NCBI GenBank assembly: GCA_002269645.1 | Contig: NIVC01003057.1 | Span: 1-64,000 of the forward strand | DNA from: Macrostomum lignano | Taxonomy: Eukaryota | Direction of reading: 5' to 3' | Length of the DNA: 64,000 nucleotides | Part shown: piece after piece, positions 48,401 to 60,400 of the stretch | How positions within the stretch are numbered: position 1 is the stretch's first letter | How the letters are laid out: every line of letters begins with the position of its first letter | Notes under the pieces: generated by a model | What the model saw: the letters and a program-made list of their open reading frames with translations, nothing else | Databases searched by the model: none | Told to the model about the DNA's origin: nothing | Made by a program: the position numbers and the translations under genes

Positions 48401-51400
48401 AGAGAAAAAGGCGAGCTTATTGCTTGGTTAACATGAGCTTTTATAGTACTTTTCAGTCTTAATCGCATTGGATGGTACATACCAGTAACTGCTTTTCATT
48501 GGTTGACGTTGGGGTCGTGTCCTCAGCTTTTGCTATTTGGAGCGCATTCATTGGTTAAAATACATTCAATCTGGATGGGAACTTTCTAGAGCCAAAATGT
48601 ATCACTTCAGTTTATTGAGTAACATGATTTGTTGTTTATTGAGCAACATGTTTTTGTTATTAAAAAACATGATTTGTTCGTTAGTGAACATTACGATTTG
48701 TTGGTCGTTAATCGACATGATTTTTTTGTTGTTCAGAAACATATTTTTTGTTTGTTGAGCAAAGCGATTGGATGATAGTTGAACAACATGATTTGTTGGT
48801 TGTTGACTTCTTGATTATCGTTTGCTGAATTTGAAGTTATTGATTCAGCCAATTGTGTTTTGAACGGAATTAAAGTACATAGGGATTTTCTGAGCTGTTT
48901 CGGAAGCTAACTCGTAATTCTTCGATTTCAAAACTGCTGAAGTCTGTGTTTTGTCGAATCACACAGAGTTACATTTTTGGCAACTCCGCAGGGCCTGGCG
49001 CAGTCAGGCAGCTGGGGCTGTCTGGACGAGTTCAACCGCATGGATCCGTCCGTGATGTCCGTGGCCGCCCAGCAGGTGTCCCTGGCGTTGGCCTGCAAGA
49101 AGGAGCGCCGTCAGCAGTTCGTGTTCACTGACGGCGACACTGTGGAGCTAAATGCCGAGTTTGCCGTCTTCATCACCACGGTGGGTTTGATTAAAGATCT
49201 TAAAAAAATAATTGGCTTGATCCATCGACACTCGCGCAGGGTATATCGCATCCCTGACATTCTTATCGTCAAGTTGCTGCCTATGATTCGTGCCTTTGAG
49301 GGCCAACCACAGACAGCTCAGCCGCAGCTATTGCGCGGCGCATCTGAAGGCTGCGTACGGCTGTTCAGTCCAAGGACTGGTGGGTCGCCACACACACCCT
49401 CAATTACCCCAGCTAATGCTGGCACCCATTTTACAGCTGGTTGAACTGAAGCAATGCAGAGTTAGGTGTCCTGCTCAAGGACACAAACTGTTCCGAGTCC
49501 GACTTTTCAATCGCGAGTCCAACGCTCTAACCACTAAGCTGCAGCCGCCTAACTCAACTGTAATAAAGCAGGGTCCAATGCATTCTCAAACCCTCTGCAA
49601 ACACAGACTACTTCTATCTTTAAAAGTCCTCTTTTCCTGCTCCACTCCCCCAGAGCCCCGGTTATCCAGGCAGGCTGGAGCTGCCCGAGAATCTCAAGAC
49701 CAGTTTCCGACCAGTTGCCATGGTAACCCCGGATGCCACTGCGGTACTGCGAGTGCGACTGACGGCGGCCGGCTATCAGCTTCAGGCGGCCGGCCAGCTG
49801 GCCAGGAAGACCGTTGCGCTTCTTCGCGCCTGCGATGATCAGCTGAGCCATCGGCCGCAGTACGACTTTGGCATGCGGACCGCTGTGGCTGCTGGCAGGG
49901 CGCTGGTGGCAGCCAGGAGGGAGCTCCTGACGACTGCTCAGAAACAGCCACCGGTGCAGGCCTCAGCCAGGTAAGTTGACTGATTTGAATCCTGTGTGCG
50001 TTATATCTTCATTTAATATTTTATTGCTGAATTCATTAATTTGTGCATCTGATTACAATTTAATAAATCTACCTACTGCCTGACCAACTGACTCATTAAC
50101 AGGTTCGATTCTCTGTCGTTCAACCGTAGGCCGTCGCTCAGCGCCAGCGGCTACCATCAGCTCCAGCAGCTCCAGCAGCAGCAGCAACAAGACTCTGAGC
50201 AGTCTGTGGCCGTGCGAGCCCTTCGCGACGCTCTCCTGCCTCGTCTGGATGAATCGGACGAGCCGCAGTTGCTCAGCCTGCTAGAGGATCTGTTCCCGGG
50301 CTGCGGCCCAGGCCCGGACAGGCGTCCGGCGGCTCCGGATGTTGAAGCGGCTGTTGCTAGACAAGTTGAAAACCTGGGCCTGACGCCTCATCCAGCTTGG
50401 ATGCACAAGTGCGCTCAGCTTTACGAGACGCAGTTGAACAGGTGAGCTAAGAGTAAAGGAAAGAATTGGAGATCTGGGATCATGATGGGTATAGGGCGAA
50501 GGATCGATCCTCTCTCGCTCCAACCGGCTCACCGAGCAGACACGGCGTGATCCTCCTGGGCGAGTCCGGCTCCGGCAAGACCAGCTGCGGCGCCGTTCTC
50601 CTGCGCGCCCTCGCCGAGTTAGGCGCCCCGCGCCGCGAGCTGCGCCTGAATCCCAAAGCCCTTGGAGACGGCGCCCCAGCCGAGCGACTTTTCGGCAAGC
50701 TGGACGCCGCTAGCAACGATTGGCGCGACGGAGTTTTCTCGGCGCTTTGGCGCCGGATTCGCCGCGCCAAGAGAGAACAACAGCAGCAGCATCAACAGCA
50801 GGCAGCCTGGCTGGTGCTGGACGGACCCATTGATGCCGTGTGGGTGGAAAGCTTGAACTCGGTGCTGGATGACAACCGGCTGCTGACTCTGGCTAATGGT
50901 GAGTGATTTGCCAAACTCTGGTCGAATCGATCGACATTTCGTCACATGCTCTGCTGCGAATTTCTAGCGATAGGTCGACACGCAGCCAGTGATGCCCTCC
51001 CTGATGCCCTCCCTCCATTCCATGCGTGATGCCCTTCGATCCCTCCATTCCATGCGTGATGCCCTCCGATCCCTCCATTCCATGTGTGATGCCCTCCGAT
51101 CCCTCCATTCCATGCGTGATGCCCTCCGATCCTCCATTCCATGCGTGATGCCCTCCGGTCCTCCATTCCATGCGTGATTCCGATCTTCATTCCATACGTG
51201 ATGCATTCCGATCCCTCTTCCAGTGATGCTGCTCACCTCCATTCGTACAATTTTCATTTTTTCAGGTCCCAGAGTGCAACTACATTCATCAGGCCACAAG
51301 CTTATTGTCCAGTCTCATAGCTGCCACAGAAGATTCTTCGCCAAACCAGCAACAGCAGCAACAGCAACAGCATCATCAACAACACCTAGAGCAGCAGCAC

Positions 51401-54400
51401 CTGCAGAGACTAGCAATTTTCTCGCTGATCTGGTCTTTGGGCTCCCTTCTGGAGCCTGAACAGCAGCACCGGTTGGAAGAACACCTGAGATCCTCCGCTG
51501 CCTACCCAACTCTGCAGCCGCTGCTGCCTCCGACAACTTTCAACGGCGGCGAAGATGCTTCCACTGCCGCTGCTGCCACAATATTTGACTTCTACGTTGA
51601 CTCGGTCAGCGGTGAATGGCTGCACTGGTCGAAACTGCTGCCGGGTCGGCCGAGACCGGCGACTGCGTCGTCCACATCCGAAGAAGCTCTGCCGGTAGCG
51701 AGGCCCGTGACTCACTCGGACGCTGTCAGAATGGACTACCTGATCCGAACGGCGGCTCGGGGCGGCGGCGTCCTTCTTGTCGGTGGCCCTGGCGTCGGCA
51801 AAACCACAGCAGCCCGCGCCTACGGAGCGGCCGCCTGCGATCCGGAGTCGCATCTGTTCCGTCACGTCGCCTTCTCGAGCGCTAGCACGCCAAGCGCCTT
51901 CCAGCGCAGCGTTGAGTCGTACGTCGACAAACGGATGGGAACGACATTCGGCCCCCCGGCTGGCAAGCGACTGACGATGTTCATTGACGACATCGGCATG
52001 CCGGACCGAGACGCCTGGGGCGACCAGCCGACCAGTGAGGCGCTCCGTCAGCTGATGGAGTCAGGCGGCTTCTACAATCTGAAAAAGCCTGGAGAGTTCA
52101 CCACCATCGTTGATGTCCACTTTCTGGCTGCCATGGCGCATCCGGGTGCCGGTCGTGGTGACATTCCGGCGAGACTGAAACGCCAGTTCCGCATCTTCAA
52201 CTGCTGCCTGCCCAGTCCGGCCAGCCTCGACAAAATCTACGGCTCCCTGGCTGCCGGTCACTTCAGCGTCGAGCGCGGCTTTACTGAGGACGTGTGCGCC
52301 GTGGCCGAGCGTCTGGTAGCGGCCACGCGGCGCCTGTGGCAGCGCGCACGCATCAAATTGGCGCCAACGCCGGCCAGGTTTCATTGCCAGTTCACGATGC
52401 GCGACCTCGGCCGGGTCTGGCAGGGCATGATGAACGCGGCGCCGAAGACGGCCACCAGCCCAGCCGCTCTGATTGCCCTGTGGCGTCACGAGTGCGCCCG
52501 CTCGATGTCCGACCGCCTGCCGGAGCCGGCCGACCGAGACTGGTTGGAGCGGATGGCCCGTCTCACCGCCGAGGAGGAGTGCGGAGCCGCCGCAGCGGTT
52601 GCCGCCGGAGGCGATGCCGGTCTGTTCGTCCACTTTCTACCGAACGGCGATGCTCCTGGCTCAGAAGCTCGATCATCTGCAACACCGGCTGAGATTTGGG
52701 AGGCTGTCAAAGGTGTCAGTCTCTATCAGCAGGCGTGGAGCGACGATCAGTTGACTGGCAGGCTCAGCGACTGCCTTGCCGCATATAACAAAGCGGCCAA
52801 AGAAGCCGCCGATCCCGTCGGGATGCCCAGCTTGGGCAACATGGTGCTGTTCGACGAGGCTGTCGCTCACCTGGCTCGAGTGTCCCGGATCATTCGGACG
52901 CCAAGCGGTCACGCGCTGCTGCTTGGGCCACCAGGCTGCGGCCGGAGATCGCTGACCCGACTGGCCGCTTTTGCTGCCGGACAGACCGTGCGTCGGCCGG
53001 ACCCCAGCTGCCGGTACAGCCAGGTAAGTGCAGGCTGTATTTTTCATATTCCCAAGCTTCCCAAACACTTTAAACAATTTAACACCTTTAAAAACAAAAA
53101 ATCTAAACGATTGCACATTTCATGCAAGCACATTCATTCCCGTTTTAAGGCCAGCCTCATCGAGGATCTGCGGCAGCTGCACAGAACCGCAGGTCTGCAG
53201 AACAGCGGTGTCACCTTCCTGTTGACTGAGGCCGACCTAAGCAACGACGATGAAGGCCCGCTTGAGACGATCAACAGTCTGCTGGCTGTCGGCGAGGTGC
53301 CCGGTCTTTTTAGCAGAGACGAGCTCGAAGAGATGCTCGGAGAGCTAGTCCCAGCCATGAAGCGGGATTTTCCTCGCAGACAGCCGACAAATGAAAACCT
53401 GTTGGACTATTACAGCAACAGGCTGAGCCGGAACCTTCACCTCGTGCTGTGCCTGTCGCCACAGGAGCCGCTGCTTCGTCAGCGAGTTCTTCGCTACCCG
53501 GGACTGCTCTCGGGTTGCACGGTGGACTGGTACCGGCCGTGGCCGCGGCCGGCTCTCATCAGCGTGTCGCGCCATTTTCTAGCCAGCCGGCGAGTGGAGT
53601 TCGGCGACGATCTGGAGGACTCCGTGGTGGCGGCAATGGCGCAGTTTCAAGTGGCCGCGGCCGAAGTGGCAGATGAGCAGCTGCGGAAATGCGGTCGACG
53701 CGGGGACGCCACAACGCAGGTTGGTAGTGCGGGTCAGAGCGGCAGCAGGAGAGAAGGGCAATGTCGCATTTGCGCTATTAAAGTTTCAAAATTATTTAGG
53801 ATTATCCATGATTTGCTGTCCTGGGGTCCGTGCGAGAGGAGAGGAGAGTAGATAGATCGGAATGGGGGAGCGTGAAGAGAAGAGAGGAGAGAATAGTGGG
53901 CTAGAAAACTGTTTCTAGCAGTTTCTTCTGAAGCTTTGAGTAGCTTCTCAAACAACTCTTTCCCATCGAACGCAGGCCTTCCTAAGCTTCGCGGCTGCCT
54001 TCGCCGACGTGTACTCCAGTCGACGCGATGAGCTGGACCTCCGGGCTTCTCGGATGGACACCGGCCTGCGCAAGCTGCTGGATGCCGCCGGCTCCGTCGG
54101 CGGTCTGGCGCGTGACCTGTCAGCTAAGGAGGCCGCTCTGGTCGACATCAGCCGAGTGGCTGACGAGGCGCTCAAGGAGCTCACCGAGACGGCTTCAACT
54201 ATGCAAGAAATCCGTGAGCAGGTGGATGTGGTCCGCGAGCGAGCCCAATCTCTGGTCGAGGCTATGGACGTGGATCGGGAGATAGCGGAGGAGAAGCTGG
54301 AGGCGGCCAAGCCGGCGCTCGAAGAGGCGGAGACGGCGCTGCAGACGCTGAAGCCGGCCGACATCTCGACAGTGAAGAAGCTGGCAAAACCGCCGCATCT

Positions 54401-57400
54401 CATCATGCGCATCATGGACTGCGTGCTGCTGCTGTTCCGACGGCACATCGACCCGGTGACAATGGACCCGGAGAAGAACTGCATCAAGCCGTCCTGGAGT
54501 GAGGCGTTGAAATTGCTCAGCGGAGATTTTCTAGGGGCGCTGCTTAACTTTCCGAAGGTCTGGAGTGTATAAAGCACATTTTCTTAATTACAATTTTTGG
54601 GTTCTTAATGAGGTGGTGCCTTAGTGACCTCAAGAGGGTGTAGCTAATTATAGATTGGTGTTAATTAGGTTCTTTATTGATACACCCCACCTGTAACGAG
54701 TGGAACCCGGAGATTCGGGTTGGGAAGTTAAGTGACCCTGTCAGGTGTACGAGCTACTTAGTGGAAGTTTTAAATTGTGGCTTGTAGGTTTGAGTAGCCC
54801 CTACCAGGGGTAAACGCATTAGTAGTAGTAGTGGCATATGAGCCGGAGGACTCCAAGAGTACGAGTATCTAGCTGTACAGTGCTCACAAAAACAATCCTA
54901 GGACACAATCAACGGTGAAACTGCCGAGCTGCTGCAGCCCTACTTCGAGATGGAGGACTACACCATGGAGACGGCTCGGAAAGTGAGCGGCAACGTAGCC
55001 GGACTGTGCGCCTGGACCCAGGCCATGGCCACGTTCTACAGCATCAACAAGGATGTCATGCCGTTGAAGGTTGGTGGGACTTTTACCCGTGTATATAAGA
55101 TTTTTACTTGCACTTTTAGAAGGTGAGCCAGCCAAACACAAACGGAATCTACGCATATTCTTTTGGTTATTATTAATTAAGATGCCTTGGATGTCCGTCG
55201 CTTTGTATGAGAATACACACAGATACTATAATTAATAGACTAGATGGACTACTTAGCGTATCTACGTGTAAGCTAACTTCGGTTTTATTACTCGTAGAAA
55301 GTCAAATATCGGATATGTCTGGGGACCGGGAAGGCCAGCGCAGAGTGCGCAGTTGTAGCTGTTCTTTCAGTTGACTAACAGCATCGGCTCGGTGCGGCGG
55401 CGCGTTGTTATCCTGGACAACCCCCAAGTAGCAATGAGCTTCGCGCGTGCCGTAAGTTGCGTCACTCGCAAAGTGAGAAAAATTCATCTCGATTGGAGGG
55501 TGGAACTTTTGACTGTTGCTGAGTATATATGTATTTAGGAGACTCGTTTATTGGCCCTTTTAAGGCTCATTCACACCTACCAAATGAGCCAAAATCACAC
55601 GACCAATGTACAAAGGAATCAAATTTGATCTACAAGTTGTGTTTATCACTCGAAATCTGGCCTTATTTGATGGCGGTGCTTAGCAGAACCCTTCCGGCTT
55701 AGTCTTGCTCTTGCCTGAGCAACCGCCCCGCCTCCCAATTTTTATTGCCTTTCTCGGTGCTTCCTGCCTAAGACTGCCTGCCATGTACATTATACAGGCT
55801 CGTTTATTGACCCTCCTCACCCCCACCAGAACCTCTTCCGACCCGTACAAAATCTCTACCCCCAACCTGCCGTCCAATTTACAGTGCCTTCCAAGCCTAA
55901 AACTGCCAGCCATGTACATTTCCAGTGGCGCTGGCTAATGTACATTATGACTGCACCAATAGCGCGAGTTGTTTACGTGTCTGCAAGTCACGCTTGCTGC
56001 CTTTCTTTTTTCATAAAATAGCTTACACATTCCCTCCTTGCTACTAAACTGAAACTATAGAGTAGCAGAGAGTTTTAACAAGCAAACATGCCTAAGTGGT
56101 CTATCTAGTCCTGTGGTATCTGTGTTGAGAATCCATCAAATTGTGCTAATTCATTTATTAATAAATCATAACACAGGACGGCAGCAGGAGGATTATGAGC
56201 GCCAGCGATCTTAAAGTTCGATATGAAAATTTTCTATTTTATACTTTTACTTTGTTATTCAGTAGTTGATTTTTTATTGAATCTTATAGTCAGCTAGAAA
56301 ACGGCCAAATTCTTCACATACGCTGTGAGTAGCAAGTATCACAAACTAGCTTTTATCGTGTAGAGGACAAAAGACGTATTCAATTTCGAATAAAATACGA
56401 TTTTCAACAAGCAACTCTTTGCTCCCCCACGTAGGAGGAAGTGGACGACGAAGAGGAGGCTCAAAAGAGTCTGAGGGTAACATCAGCTTTCATTTTTTCT
56501 AAGCTTAACTGAGGTACTTGAAGACTGCATGCGAGGCGCCAACTGTTAATCTAAGATGGCTTTCTAAGCTATCGTAGTTTTCCATATTTCAAAGAGCATG
56601 CAAATATTCGGTTCTAAGCATGCGCATGAGCAGTTAAAACCGATGATATCTTACTGACGATATGTATAGAAAATAACTTAATAAAGGTAAAATTTTGCAT
56701 GATAAAACTCAATGAATAGCAATAGAAAAAAAAGATATTTCACTGCAACACCGGAATACGAGATGGCATGCAACTAAAAGAAGTGAATTAAAAAAATATT
56801 GATCTCTATTCAATCAATTTATCAAATTTTCCTCTCTGCTACTTGTTACGGTACTCCGCCAACTCCTTGGTACGATGCGTCATAAAAATGCAACCCAAAT
56901 AAAATTTCTTTGACCAGGCCAATCTGGCCATTCAGGAGGGCCGCCTCAGCCGCACCCGTCGCGAGCTGCGGCACGCCCAGCTGACCATGGCGGAGCGGGA
57001 GGCGGAGCTGGAGGCTGCTCAGGAGCGCTACGACACCGCGGTGGCGCAGAAGCAGACTTTGACAGCGGAAGTTGAGTTCTGCAGGAAGAAGGTGGGACAG
57101 CGAAATTTAAACTTCACCCGGTGGTCGAGGGGCGCCTAAGTAGGAATCGAGGGGCGCCTAAGTAGGAATCGAGAGGCGCCTAAGTAGGAATCGAGGGACG
57201 CCTAAGTAGGAATCGAGGGACGCCTAATTAGGAATCGAGGGGCGCCTAATTAGGAATCGAGGGGCGCCTAATTTTGAATCGAGGGACGGCTAATTAGGAA
57301 TCGAGGGGCGCCTAATTAGGAATCGAGGGACGCCTAATGAGGAATCGAGGGGCGCCTAATTAGGAATCGAGGGACGCCTAATGAGGAATCTAGGGACGCC

Positions 57401-60400
57401 TAAATAGGAAACGAGGGCCGTCTAATTAGGAATCAAGGGATGCCTAATTATGAATCGAGGGACGCCTAAATATGAATCGAAGGACATCTAATTAGGAATC
57501 GAGAAGCGCCTAATTATGAATCGAGAAGCGCCTAATTATGAATCTAGGGACGCCTAATTAGGAATCTAGGGACGTCTAATAAAGAATATAGTAGCGCCTA
57601 ATTAGGAATCGAGGGGCGTCGCTGACAAGCCTGTTTCACTCCATTCAGGTGCACAACGCCACGGCACTAATCGAAGGCCTGTCAGCCGAGCGCATCCGCT
57701 GGACCGAGGCCAGCAAAGGCCTGGAAACGCTGCGCCATCGGTTGCTAGGCGACACTCTCCTAGCAACGGCATTTGTAGCCTACGGCGGACCATTGACAAC
57801 CGAGTTCAGGGAGCTGGCAGTTCGAGCTTGGAAAAAGGAATTAATGCTGGATAAAATTATTTTCACCGATGTGAGTTTCATTTATTAATGAGAGGGGCTG
57901 ATTTTATCTGAGCTATCCGTGTGTGCATAACATGAGACAAGAATTATCAAAGCATCATCAAAGCTAGGGGTGAGAGATTTACCCAAGGAGGGTTAAGGTT
58001 GGAGCAGCTCGTTCGACTCTCGCTTCATAGTAGCCCCTGGTTCGATTCCGTTTGAACACCCACTCACCCTCCCACTCACCCTCTCACTGACCCTCTCACT
58101 GACCCTCCCACTGACCCTCTCACAGACCCTCCCACTGACCCTCCCACTCACCCTCTCACTGACCCTCTCACTGACCCTCTCACAGACCCTCCCACTGACC
58201 CTCCCACTGACCCTCTCACTGACCCTCTCACTGACCCTCTCACTGACCCTCCCACTGACCCTCCCACTCACCCACCCACTCACCCTCTCACTGACCCTCG
58301 CATTGACCCTCCTCTTGACCCTCTCACTGACCCTCCTACTGACCCTCCCACTCACCCCTCCCACTGACTGCTTGATTGGGTCCACAGAGGGCTATGGATC
58401 ACCATGGATGCAATCCGGCTCCATCTTCAGGAGCCGAGCGCTCTGGTCTCCGCTTTGGTCGACCCGACCAGCCAGGACGAGTGGCGCCTCCTTGGCCTGC
58501 CCGGCGACGATTCCTCGGCTCAGAGCGGGCTGGTCGTCAGTCGGCAGGCGGCTGCGGGTCGCTGGCCGCTCCTGGTGGATCCGCACGGTCTCGGGCGCAC
58601 CTGGCTGCGCAGCTGTCTGGAACAGCGGCACCGAGGCCCGGTGACCATCACTGCGCCAAGTCTTCGAGGCTTCCGCGCCGCCCTGGAGGAGGCCGCCACC
58701 GCCGGCAGGCCAATCATTGTCGAGGACGTCGGCGGCGGGCGGCTGCATCCGCTGCTGGCCGGCCTCCTGGCCACCGCAGCCGCCCTCGTCGGTCGCATCC
58801 GAATCGGCGAGAAACTCGTCGACGTGGCCGACGGTTTCCAGCTCTACCTGACTTGCCGACAGGCCGCCCCGGCGCACCCTGCCGATGTCCACGCGCTGAC
58901 GGCTGTCGTGGACTTCGGCGTGACGCCCGGAGGACTTGAGGAGCGGCTGCTGGACACGGTGGCCGAGGCTGAGAAGCCGGAGCAGGAGGCTGAGCGAGCC
59001 AAGCTGCTGGCCGAGGCCGGGCAGCAGCGTCGCCGACTTGAGCAGCTCGAGGAGGGCCTGCTGCGCCGGCTGAGCGACACCGACGGCGCTCTCGTCGATG
59101 ACGCCTCGCTAGTTGAAGTTCTCCGAGAGGCCAAGCAGGCCTCCGAGGAGGCTCGCGAGCGACTGTCGGCGGCCACAGAAGGCGAGGCCCGACTGTGCCG
59201 AGCCCGCGAGGATCTGCGCCCGGTGGCGTCTCGGGGCCGCCTGCTGTACTCCCTGGTGGCGGACCTGGCCCTGCTCAGCCCGATGTACTCGCAGTCGCTC
59301 GACCTGTTCCTGCGGCACTACCGAGCCAGCCTGGCCGAGGCGGCCAAATCGCCGATCGCTCTGCGCCGCATCGCCAACCTGATTGACAGCTTGACTCGAC
59401 GAGTCTATCGAGCCACGTCGCGCGGCCTCTACGCCGCAGACCGGGCCGCCTACAGCCTGCTGCTGGCGCTGCGGCTGCAGACGGCGTCTGGTCACGTGCG
59501 GCCGGACGAACTGGACGTTCTGCTGCGTGCTGGAGCCGATGTTGACGCCAGCGAAGTCGGCGTCAAGCCGCAACGCCGGTGGCTCTCTGACGCCGTTTGG
59601 CTGAACGCACACGCCCTGAGCCGACTGGCGCACTTCAGCCTCATCGTCGATCAGCTCACCAACAATGAACGCGCCTGGCGCGCCTGGTACGAGGAGGAGA
59701 CGCCAGAGCTGGCCGACCCGCCTGACGGATACGCTCGGCTCGGCGCCTTCCACCGCCTGCTGCTGGTCCGCTGCCTGGCCCGGAGCGAACACCCGCGATG
59801 GCTGCCCGCTACGTCAGCGAGACGCTCGGCCCGAGCTTTGCCGACGAGTCCGCCGACACGTCGGGAAGCGGCGGCGGAGGCGGCCTGGAGGCGCTGGCAG
59901 AGGAGGCTGGACAAAGGCGAGCTCCGCTGCTCTGCCTGCTGGCGCCAGGCTGCGGGGACCCCGTGACGGATGGGGTCGAGCGACTGGCGCGTCGGCAGGG
60001 CGTGCCGTGCTCGGTGGTGGCTCTGGGTCGCTGCGAGCAGCAGCAGCAGCAGCAGCAGCATCCGACGCATTCGCAGCAGCATCCGACGCATTCGCAGCAG
60101 CAGCAGCAGCCAAGCAACACTCTGGGCGAGGTCCTCGCCCGTCGGCTGCTGCACTCGGCGATCACCGAAGGTCGCTGGCTGGTGCTGCAGAATCTGCACC
60201 TGTGCAGCGCCGCCTTTCTCGACGAGCTCAGCGACACCCTGGCCGCTTGGTCGGCGGCCGCCGCAGCTGCTAGCGCCGCCTCAGGCAACAGCGGCGGCGG
60301 TGTCGGTGGCAGCGGCGCTGGGACTGGCGGCGCTTCATCCACATCCGCCCCGATGTCGGGCGAGACTTCCGCGGCAGCTGCGGCATCGGCGGCCGCCACG

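Noticed and set aside
49515-49550. tRNA gene
   Set aside because: Only an A-box-containing 5' half is present; there is no B box or acceptor stem, and it is joined to a SINE body.
54690-54880. LTR fragment starting TGTAACG
   Set aside because: No matching end, TSD or internal signals.
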